Assembly: GCF_009914755.1 (NCBI RefSeq)
Contig: NC_060940.1
Source of the DNA: the human T2T-CHM13v2.0 reference genome, Homo sapiens
DNA: 64,000 bases
Reading direction: 5' to 3' (one strand)
Part shown: positions 15,271 through 64,000 of the stretch, piece by piece
Layout: every line of letters starts with the position of its first letter
How positions within the stretch are numbered: position 1 is the first letter of the stretch
Made by a program: the position numbers and the translations under genes
The notes under the pieces: generated by a model
Database searches by the model: none
What the model saw: only the letters and a program-made list of their open reading frames with translations
What the model was told of the DNA's origin: nothing

Positions 15271-17680
15271 CCTTCGTCTTCTATATTTAGAAACAGTGTT
15301 CTTGGAAGCAGACAGATGCTCTGAGGCCTGAGCTCGTGTTTATGGCAAGCAACACAGCCAACCATGCACAGGGAGGTCATGTCTGGATTAGAATGGTCGA
15401 CCCATTCTAATGCTCTAAACGACGCATTTTCAAAAGCTATGACACTGATCTTAAGAAAATAAGTAAAACTCCTTTGTTACAAAAAGCACTTAAGAAAATA
15501 AATAACAATAAAACAACAGTTCAGGAAGCAGCGTGTGATGCTGGCCAGTGCCAGGCAGGCAGAGGGGCTTTCCAGGTGGGCCTCGAGGGACCCAGCGTCT
15601 CAGGGCTGGGGTGGCTCCACACTGCTAGGGCACCCGGCAGGCTGCCTCAGGGCAGGAGGCCGGGCTCAGTTCTGCCTACCCGCTCTGTGCTTTGCTCCAT
15701 GGTTTAGCCTTCCCACTTTTAATTTAGAGTCTGGAGAGCCTTCCCTGCAAGCTTGACCCTCCACATAGGGCAAGGCCCTGCCAAATGCCACCCTCTGGGG
15801 ACACAGAGATTAATGACTTCCCCATCTCTCTAAGAGGAATGCCAGTTCCCCAAGGAAAGTCAAGAGCGCCCTAGCCGTCTCTGTGGCTGACGCTGACCCT
15901 AGCGTGGTCCCCGGCGTGCCAGTGGAGGCTGAACAGGCCTGTTGAGTACAGGGCCACGTAGCCGATGCCAGTGGGTCCTTGGGAATCGTGCTGCCCCTCC
16001 GTGAGCATTCGAGGGCACCAGGGTAGCGGCATCTACGTGATCTGGCCAAAGGGCTCTGTCCCTTTGAGGGGTCCTGGTCACTCAACTGCCAAGGCTGCTG
16101 TTCCTCCTCGCCTTTCCCGCAGCTCCACACTGCATTCTGTTCTGTTTCACGTCTACTTTGGTCTCCTCAAACGATTAACTCAAAAAGTAATTGCGGAGAG
16201 ACTTCTGGGAAGCTGTGGTCAATGGTGGGGCAAGTTCTGGCCCCGGGGAGCCTGCCCTGTGGCGGGGGAGAGCGGCCAGAGCCACCCATGGGTAAAGACA
16301 CAATGACCACGGCTGGCAGGGGTGGGCAGGTGCAACTCTAAGCCGAGGCCCGAAGGATCAGCAGCAGGAGGGGCCCCTCCTCCCCAGGGCCAGTCAAGCC
16401 GGGGACAGTGGCACGAGGAGAAGCCCAGAGTAGGTGGACCCAGTGACTGAGAGGGGTGGAAAGGGCCACTGGGCCCCAGGGTGGCAGAGGGGCGGCCGCA
16501 GGTAGCAGGGGAGACCCTAAGGCGATGGGAGCCACAAGGGTGCTGAGTGCTGGGGAGACAGGATGTGAGTTTCATACAGATCAGGGTGCAGCGGTGGAGG
16601 GAGGGCCGCCTGCATCAGTATCCCCAGCAAGGTCACCCGGCACTGCTGCAGACACCTTGAAACGTCCAGCACATTCCTCACTGTCGAACCCAACTTCAGG
16701 ACATGCTTGTTCACGGAAGAGCCTAAGATCAGCGGCACTTCAGTCTTCTACGGGGTTTTGTTGGGAGCTACCTATACAAAGGAGGCCACACCACACGTGC
16801 GTGGTCCGGCAGATCCGGCAAGATCAACTCTGCGGGACCTCCCACCCGGGCTGGTTGCCCTGTGTTGCCTTAGAGTTTTCTTCCCGAGGTTTTCCTAGAA
16901 AGCCACTGTAAATCCGAGCTGTGCACTCAGAAGCCTCCCGGGTGTGTCCCTGGTGATGTCCCCGGGGCCTCTCCCTGGTGACGTGTGGCCCGCGCTGTCC
17001 CCCTGCAATGACGGTACCTCCAGGTCCCCTATGTGTGGAAACTGACCCCCACGGCAACCGCAGACCGTGAGGGAGGTTGACCCTGGAAGCCATGGGGGGC
17101 ACAATCCCTTTCCACTGTTCCATTCGGATGAATGATGTGTGGAACTAGAGGCCCCCTGAGATTTTAAACACGTTTCTGTAACACCCGCAAGTAGAAAGGA
17201 AGCCTGGTGAGGGGGAGAAACAGGCTGTGGCCATGGCGGGCTGGAGCCTGATGAAGGCCAGTTACTGCCGGTATAACCTCCTCCCGCCCTCGAGGGTCTC
17301 AGGGCTTGCATCGCCCCCCTGCTGGGCTGGGACTCTCCCCAAGGCTCCCACTGTCCCTGCCAAGAGCGCCCCACCCCTCCCGCTCGCCTCTGTCTCGGGT
17401 GTCCTGAGCTCTCCGCTGTGCCTGCCCTGCCTCCAGGACCACCTCCTCTGAGCCCTGACACCAGCACAACCCACACCCCACCGGCAGAAAGTGCCAGACC
17501 CCGTAAACATGAGTGGACGCTGTTCAAAGTGCCCTCATTTTCCTCACACACAACACAGGCTCATTCCTTCACCCCAGTAACACAAGCATCGATACCACAC
17601 AATCGTGAGCAGAGGGCACATTCCGCACTGGTAGAAATGCCAGAAGTTTCCTTTGTTAGTATTCATTACAAAGAGAATGC

Positions 17681-17985
17681 TTTTTTTTTTTTTTTTTTGA
17701 AATGGAGTCTCGCTCTGTCGCCAAGGCTGGAGTGCAGTGGCGTGATCTCGGCTCACTGCAACCTCCGCCTCTTGGGTTCAAGCAATTCTCTGCTTCAGTC
17801 TCCTGAGTAACTGGGATTACAGGTGCCTGCCACCACACCTCACTAATTTTTTTTTTTTGTATTTTTAGTAGAGATAGGGTTTCACCATCTTGGCCAGGCT
17901 GGTCTTGAACTCGTGACCTCGTGATCCACCCGCCTCAGCCTCCCAAAGTGCTGCGATTATAGGCGTAAACCACTGTGCCTTGTCT
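17681..17985 (-). mobile_element. AluS
   Basis: Consensus match. Confidence 0.9.
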
Positions 17986-18204
17986 AGAATGTTATTTTTA
18001 ATAAAACAGAAGTATCCAGGAGCTACCCATGTATAAGAAGCTCCATGAAGTATTATAAAGAATGAACACAGAAACCAGTCACTGTCATTGTTCAGGACAA
18101 AATGGAGATAGATAAATGCTTAATTCATACTTTCTGGAGGGTACAGTGATGATGAAAAGATAATGCTTGGGTTTTTAGGAAAAACAAGGCTGGTTACCCA
18201 TCTC

Positions 18205-18372
18205 TTGCTCTCTGTCTCTCCTTCCCTGTGTCTCTGTCTCTGTCTCTCTCTGTCTCCATCTGTCTCTGTGTCTGTCTCTGTCTCTCTGTATCTCTCTTGG
18301 TCTCTGTCTCTCTGTGTCTCTGCCTGTCTCTCTGTGTCTCTGTCTCTGTGTCTCTGTCCCTGTGTCTCTTTT
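18205..18372. repeat. (TCTCTG)n-type simple repeat
   Basis: Degenerate TCTCTG/TGTCTC run. Confidence 0.9.
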
Positions 18373-19473
18373 TCTCCCATCCTCTCTCGATGCTGGGGCC
18401 ACACAGGGCAGGGCATGATTTGGTTTCCTGGGGAATGCAGGGGAGGCGGTTGGGAGTGGAGAGACCGGCATGAACAGACGCACAGGTGTCAACATGCAGG
18501 CCAGGCGGAGGGACAGCAGTGGGGCTCGGCGTGGCCGGAGCCTGGGGAGGGACATGGACAAGTCCTCTATGGACAAGAGGGGCTGGAGAGTTTAATCTGG
18601 ACCAGTGTAAGTTACAGAGAGTCTCTGGCACTTTGGGTACAAGAAACAGACTCACTCAGGTTACTGTAACAGAGAGGGAGGGGTGCTGGGTGGGCAGAAG
18701 CGGGGCTGGGGCTGAAGGCTGGCTGGAGGCCCCATGGCCTCCAGGACAATCTGTGGCCACATCCCCATGGCTGTAGGGGATGAGGAGGGGCAGGGCCATG
18801 TGGACAGCCTCTCCTCCATCCTAGAGCCTATGTTTCCAGCTGGATTAGGACGCCCGGCTCCATCGCTGCGGCCACAGTGTCCTGTTATCCTAGTTGGTAG
18901 ACTCTAGTCACGAAACCCTGATTTTCCTGTTGTAAGAACTAAAAAGGTCTTTGGAGCTCCTCAAAGATAAAACTGTAAGTGAAACTGTAGCATCAGCGAC
19001 TAACTAGACGGGAACAAGCTGCGCCAACCAAGGGTTGCTCACGGCCCACCTCTCCTTCTCTGGTTTCAGGCTCTGGAAAGAGAGGGGAAAGCATGGAAGG
19101 AAAATCTGCCAGGGAGGAGGGAGGGTCTAGAACGAGAAGCACTGACTCGGAAGTGAGGGAAGACACCAGATATAGCCAAGGAGCCCTAGACAAGGCCCTG
19201 GCCCCATCTCCGCCCTGCCTGAGCTGCAGACTCCAGGCCATCTGGAGTTCCCAAAGCAAAGGCCAAGAGCAAGAAAACTGTCAGAAGCATAGCTCTGGGC
19301 GCGATGAGCACCAAACTGACCTGTTTCCAGATAAGACTTAGAAAAGTCTTTTCTTTGAATGAATTAAGCATTTACAAAAGTCAGAGATGGATTTAACACA
19401 AAATTACTGCTGAGTCTGGGGGGCTAGGAAAGGCCCCCCCAAGTTGGTGTTGCAAGCATCAGTGCTGACCTGA

Positions 19474-20058
<585 letters not shown>

Positions 20059-20612
20059 GTCGCCCTTCTCAGCGCTCCATCAACGCACACCTGCTATCGT
20101 GGAACAGCCTAGAAACCAAGGGACTCCACCACCAAGTCACTTCCCCTGCTCGTGCAGAGGCACGGGATGAGTCTGGGTGACCTCTGCGCCATGCGTGCGA
20201 GACACGTGTGCGTTTACTGTTATGTCGGTCATATGTCTGTACGTGTCGTGGGCCAACCTCGTTCTGCCTCCAGCTTTCCTGGTTAGCGCAACGCGGCTCC
20301 ACGACCACACGCACTTCAGGGTGGAAGCTGGAAGCTGAGACACAGGTTAGGTGGCGCGAGGCTGCCCTGCGCTCCGCTTTGCTTTGGGATTAATTTATTC
20401 TGCATCTGCTGAGAGGGGCACCCCAGCCATATCTTACACTTTGGTAAAGCAGAAAACCAGGAAAATTTTCTTAAAATATCCACAATATTCCTTGAGTGAG
20501 TCAGAATCTATAGCCGGTTAGTGATGGTTTCAGACAGAATCGTGTTCGTGTCTGTTTTGCTCGATTCTTTTCCTAAGTTAAATAAATGCAAGCCTCTGAA
20601 CTCTGTCTATAA
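20059..20612 (+). other. TMEM204: TMEM204 3' UTR (end approximate)
   Basis: Runs from the stop codon to about 25 nt past AATAAA, followed by a GT/T-rich downstream element. Confidence 0.75.
20581..20586 (+). terminator. TMEM204 polyadenylation signal AATAAA
   Basis: First AATAAA after the stop, with downstream ttgtgtt; a second AATAAA lies at 20812-20817. Confidence 0.8.
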
Positions 20613-20852
20613 CTTGTGTTCTATCCATCTATACTGCGACATGGCTGAAAAACATTTGATCCACTTTTTTGTGATTTTTTGGGGGCTCACACTAAGGGTC
20701 AAAAAGACCTTTTCAGAGACCCCGTAGGCATACACACTCTTATCCACACTTCTGTTCAACCAAGTCTCAGAAGCCCAAGTCCTTACAGACTCTCTGATCA
20801 ACAACTAGTAGAATAAAAGGGATGAGGTCTATTTGCTTAAAAACCTTCAGTC

Positions 20853-21169
<317 letters not shown>

Positions 21170-21796
21170 CTATCTTTAGCGAAATGCTTGGTGGGCTACA
21201 AAATTCCTGCATGATGCTGCACTGGGTCCAAACAACCCCGTGTCCTAAATCTGTTAAGAGAGGAACAAGCTGTAAGTCCTTGAGTTGGGCAGAAAACATC
21301 TAACATCTACATCTGAGGGGTCAAAACCGGCCCATGCCCCCACCCAGAACCCAGAACCCAAGGCTGCCTGGCCACACTACAACCAGCGCTGCAACCACAG
21401 TCCTGGTGCCTGGCCTGGCGCCTCCTCTGCCTGGGTGCGGCACTGCCTGGCCTCATGCCCTGCTGGCATCGGCCAAAAGGAGAAACTGCTGTGACGTGTA
21501 CGGTCGGGGCCGGGCCATCAGGCCACCCGCTGCTAATATAAATCTTTAGTTTGGCTGCTTCTGGCCTTCTAGCGAGTTGAGGGGATCAGTTTGGATTGTG
21601 AGGCCCGTATTGCTCCAGGAATTGGTCTTCAACTGCTAAAGACTGGAAAGCATTTACGGACTGACTGTCTATGACACACTCAGCACACAGCGTAGAAATA
21701 CCAGATTCACGTCCACAGTACACACTAGCAGGGATAGTTGACTTTCATCTTCCCCTGCTCAACTTTTTTATGACAAGGAATTTTTATTTTTTATGA

Positions 21797-22152
<356 letters not shown>

Positions 22153-22965
22153 ATATTGAAGGTTTAAACTGGCCACAGGGTCAATTATGGTCTGCGACTA
22201 CCTTTATATGAAGTCAAAGTAATCCAGAGGGGCCGGGCGGTGCTGCTCAGCCTGTCCGGTGCATGTGCAAACCGGAAAGAGCTCATCTGCACAGCTAGTG
22301 TGGAAGGCCCGGCAGGGGGAATGAAGGATTGGCCATGCTGCTTCAGAAGGACGACAGCGGGCCGGGGTCCTGCACCCTCTCGGACACCTGTGTGACAGGC
22401 ATTATCACTGCACGTTGAGGGAGGGCTTGCTCCGGCAACCTAAGGCCACACCCTCCTTTTACCTCTTTAGTTTCATTCTTCGATTTTCTACCCTTTGGAC
22501 ATTAAAATCTGTGAAATGCTCTTGTGAAGATGAAAGAATTTCTAGATTCTCTCAGGAATGGAGAAGAAGGTGCTTGCAGACAGCCCTTGATTGATACCCT
22601 CTTTCAGAGCATTTTTAATTGTGTTTCCACCTGGCTGTTTTTAGTGTTTACTTGTCCAAACTTCTGTTTAGGAGCAATTATTCCCAGAGGGATGGGTATT
22701 ATAGATGTTTAGGAACGGCAGAACTTTCCACTAGGAAGCAGCTAAACAGCCCGAGAGGCTCCCAGCACCAGAGAGGCTGAGAGCTTCCCACGTGGCATCT
22801 GCAAGCTGGGCAGCATTTCATCGAGTGGGAAGACCATGAAATACACCATGACGCAGTCATGAGGAGTCAAATATTTCAACAGGCGAACCAAGAAGGCAAA
22901 CAGGGAGAAAGGAAAGAGCCGTGAGCACGCGCTATCTCCCAACATCCCAGTGGTCGGGATCCTCA

Positions 22966-58253
<35,288 letters not shown>

Positions 58254-58340
58254 TTAAAGAAAGAACTGGAAACTCTTCTACAGAGCGTCTCCACATCTTC
58301 ATGCCTAGAGTTAGCAACTGCTATATTTTCAACTTTTTAA

Positions 58341-58568
<228 letters not shown>

Positions 58569-59232
58569 TGACATCTGGCCGCCGTGTCTCCTCAGGCTCC
58601 TCTGGGCTATGACAGGGTCTCAGGCTCTTTGTCTTAAGGCCCTGGACAGTGTGAGACCTGCTGGCTGGGTATATCATGGGATGCCCCTCCACTGGGATTG
58701 TTGATAGTTTTTCTCATAGTTGCCTGGGGTGGAGGACTTGGGGAGGAGGAGCATAAAGCTGAGGTGCCTTCTCTGCATGCTGCCGGCATTGTCACTGCCG
58801 GCATTGACCTCGACCACCTGGTGGAGGTTGTGCTTGTGGGGTCTCTCCACTGTGAAGCAGCTCTTCCCCGGATCCCCCTCCATCCCGTACTGTTCAGAAA
58901 GAAGTCACTCTCTGCAGCCTGTACTTGAGGAGTGGGAGATACACCCTACCCTCAGGGGTGGAGCATCCATGTAAACCACCCGGGCTTCTTCAGCATGGGA
59001 GACCTGCCTCTTCACCACCATTAACTCATTCATTCAATCCTGTGTTTGCATCAGGGTGGACACGTGGGTATTTACTTCCCATGCTGGGTTATCATCCAAG
59101 GCTGCTTCATGTATTCTGTTGCTCACATTGTGCCAGCTTTAAGCTCTCTAGTTGGCCTCTCTGTCCCTTTGATGTGCCCCCATTACCTGGGTTTGGTGAG
59201 CACTTCCTTTCTGGTGCCCTAAGATTACCTAG

Positions 59233-59628
<396 letters not shown>

Positions 59629-60035
59629 TAAGAAGTGAAGTCCTCGTGCTTGGTGCGCTGCGTGCTCAATCTAAAACCATCACAGTCGCAACTGCGCGGC
59701 ACAGACAGGTGCGAGTGGAGTTCGGGAAGGGGAGGACGGCTCCACAGGGACAGCCGGCGGGGCCTCCCGGGACGAGGGGATGCGGTTAGGCGGCACCCAG
59801 GGGCAGCATCTCAGTCTGAGTCCGTGTGCGTGGCTCTTCCGCTCAGACGCCAAGCACTCCCCAGGGGACGCTTCCTGGCCCAAAACTGGGGGCCCTTTAG
59901 CCCACAGTACGCTCTTCTTCCCACCGCCTTTTCAGGCAGCACCGACTCCAATCTCCCCAAATGCTGGATAACATGCTTTTTATTGTACACAGGAAGAGTA
60001 TTTTCAAATAATGTCAGATTTAAAGGAAACTTGCA

Positions 60036-61118
<1,083 letters not shown>

Positions 61119-62822
61119 CACTATTGGTGTATTTGTGTTTAGTAATTTTTAAAAAATATTTTAAAAATAATGCTTACATATTGAGAAAACCCCCCACCTA
61201 ATGATAGAAATGAAAATGAATGACCCCCCCATCCCCCTCCCAGCCTCCTCCCTGGAGCCGAGGACCGCAGTGGCTCCCGTGTCTGCAAAGCATTTTATGC
61301 ACACCACATCCTCAGAGGCATTCATTCCTGTGCCCTTCACATGTCATCTGCTAGTTTTTTGTTTTGCTTTGTTTTGTTTTGATTTTTTGCACAAGTGACT
61401 TTAGAAATCTTTATTAGCACATACGAGCTTCTAGCTGACCACTTAACCAGCATTCTCAACATCATCAGACAGGCTGATGTCCAAGTTTCCAGGCTGCCAC
61501 CTGGAATGTCCAAGTTTCCAGGCTGCTGCTCTGGGGGAAGAGGTTGTTGGATGCAAAAGTTTAGAGCGCCTGCGCCCAAAAGCAGAGATCTCTGCTCAGG
61601 AGGATGAAAGCAAACCCTCGTTCTGAGAGAGGGACAGATGTCTACTATCAAGAGCTCAACTTCCACCAACTCAGGGGAAAGGAAATCACAGGACGCAATG
61701 AGTCAAATATTCCTGATCCTCAGGTTTCTGCCCAACGATCCTGGAATGTGAGCATGAAGTACAAGACGTAGAACTGAGCCCGAGGCGCCTCCACCTCCTC
61801 GGCTGCACCCTCTGCTCCTCACCCCTGACTCTAGCATTGAGCTGCCCCAGGGTCCAGGCTTGGGTCTCCTCCGCCTTCATTTTTTTGTACCCGTCACCAC
61901 TCCTGAGGGGTGTCTCTCCACCATCTGTGAATTCTGCGTTATTTCACACGGTATAATTTTATACAGTAAGACCGTAAAGAAAAGCTACCCCAAAGGTGAG
62001 AAACCAGCTCTCCTTGTGAAGAGCCAGAGTTAAGTGGACTAAGGGGCTGATGGGAAAGTGGCGTGCGCTGGATGAGCGTCTTGGGGGTGCATCACGGCAT
62101 CAGAGTGCGAGTTAAAGTGGTGGGTTCTCCAGCGGCACGTCACTGGGAAGCTTTGCTAAAGGCTGGCTGGCCCCACATCAGGGTGCGCGTCAGGTGAGGG
62201 TTTACTTGACCCTCAGACTTGGCTCGCAGGAGTTCCCCAGAAGGCGTGAGTGGCCTGGCCCGTCTAACGTGCTCTCCTCTTCTCTACTGATGGGACTTCT
62301 AAGGACACTTAGTGGGAAATCCCTTTCTAGGGATTGCCCGCCTCCCTGGTTACTGCTGATTGGTGCACTGTGGGCACTTGGCCCGAGCTGGACTTTGAGG
62401 CCCCTCCCTGAGTCTGGACTTGGGACAGGGAGCAGGAGCAGGCCGTCCTAACCTGGCCGTGCTCTCCTGGGAGACTGTGGGATACCCCAGCGGCCTCAGG
62501 TTAAGTGCACTTCTAACTTCAGCTGGTCTGGGCTGATTCCACGGGTAACCACAACAGGGTCTCTGGTGGAAGAGCAGGGAAGCGCCTTGCACCAAGTCTG
62601 GGGAAGAGATGTCTCTGCAGTGTAGAGTTCCGAGTGTTGTTCCCTCTTGATTACTTCTCTTCCTGCTTGAACTCATTACTAAATTAGTTCCAGCACAATC
62701 TTAGATTTTCTTAGAAGGATTAGGCATTTCTGCTCTTAAATATTCTGACTCACAAGACTTGATCAACTGATACCTGGGTTTCATTTTATGCCTGGATAAT
62801 CTATTTTGCTAGCTGTTTCTAT

Positions 62823-62953
62823 CTTTCTTTTATTCAAGAGATGGGGTCTTGCTATGTTGCCCAGGCTAGACTCAAACTCCTGGGCTCAAGTGATTCTCCT
62901 GACTCGGCCTCCCAAGTAGGTGGGACTACAGGTGCATGTCACCATGCCTGGCT
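62823..62953 (-). mobile_element. Alu monomer (FLAM-like)
   Basis: Single-arm match. Confidence 0.8.
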
Positions 62954-63208
62954 TACTTGTTTCTCAACACAGTCAAGCTGAGAATTACAAAAGTCAATGA
63001 TCCTGAGTTATTTTATACTAATGTGGGATTGGCAGATGGTTCCACTGCAGAAAGTAGGAAAGATCACCAAAGAAGTAGAAATCTGGGGACAGGCCAATGT
63101 CATTAGGTGGGAATTAAACAGAAAAATGGAAGAAAAATCATCCAGAAGAAGGGAACAACCTGATAAAAAAAAAACTTGGCGAATAATATGATTAGAAATA
63201 GAAATACA

Positions 63209-63530
<322 letters not shown>

Positions 63531-63809
63531 TCATCCTTGATAGCAAGAGAAACATAAATGAAAATTCTAAGAAACACTTAGACCCACCAGGGAGCTGTTC
63601 TGGATGAAAACACTCTGAGATACTACTTTCCTGAGCAGTTCTGCTACTCACACGCAACTCTCTAGGGAGAGAGGCTGGTGTGCACTATGAGCCGGCCCAG
63701 GCCCCAAGGACAGTGGTTTGGGCATCCGCTAAGCCACAGGGCATGCCCCGGGACCCATCTGCACCCCCTTCTTGGTGCTTTCTAAATGTACACAGGTGAG
63801 GGCAAGGAG

Positions 63810-64000
63810 CAGCCGCCTGCCTTGGCCTCCCAAAGTGCCGAGATTGCAGCCTCTGCCCGGCCGCCACCCCGTCTGGGAAGTGAGGAGTGTCTCTGCCTGG
63901 CCGCCCATCGTCTGGGATGTGAGGAGCCCCTCTGCCTGGTTGCCCAGTCTGGAAAGTGAGGAGCGTCTCCGCCCGGCCGCCATCCCATCTAGGAAGTGAG
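63810..64000 (+). mobile_element. SVA retrotransposon: end of the Alu-like domain and start of the VNTR; lacks the CCCTCT hexamer and most of the Alu-like domain; continues past the window
   Basis: cagccgcctgccttggcctcccaaagtgccgagattgcagcctctgcccggccgccaccccgtctgggaagtgaggag... matches the SVA consensus. Confidence 0.93.

Noticed and set aside
18120-18669. RDRET- and SLSLC-rich ORFs
   Set aside because: Translations of the (TCTCTG)n simple repeat.
63793-63801. Donor-like CAG|GTGAGG 17 nt upstream of the SVA acceptor, read as a local intron
   Set aside because: 17 nt is far below the minimum intron length. It could matter only if paired with a more distal acceptor.

Overview
Human (great-ape-type) genomic DNA that I recognise as the IFT140/TMEM204 locus on chr16p13.3. 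The minus strand carries 15 consecutive coding exons of IFT140. By recalled transcript numbering these are exons 5-19, c.370-2399, about aa 124-800. All have GT-AG boundaries, their phases match, and they join into one open 2030-nt frame. The plus strand carries the last two coding exons and the 3' UTR of TMEM204, nested antisense inside the large IFT140 intron that follows exon 19. The rest is intronic: roughly 45 Alu elements or fragments, MaLR/ERV LTRs, Tigger2/MADE1 DNA transposon remnants, old L1 fragments, several minisatellites, and the start of an SVA at the right edge. I found no new protein-coding system; the long six-frame ORFs are Alu, VNTR, antisense or GC-content artefacts. The most interesting unexplained structures are five. 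(1) An SVA that begins exactly at its internal splice acceptor, behind about 230 nt of unique sequence (candidate exon-trapped 5' transduction). (2) A 32-bp VNTR abutting the exon 5 branch point, with a 50-bp insert that is duplicated 1.1 kb away. (3) A 61-bp duplication of the exon 14 branch-point region whose only mismatch lies in the branch motif. (4) A fold-back Alu hairpin and a tiny orphan poly(A) retroinsertion. (5) Candidate cryptic exons on both strands near 19.1-19.3 kb. Repeat boundaries and subfamily names were assigned by eye and are approximate.
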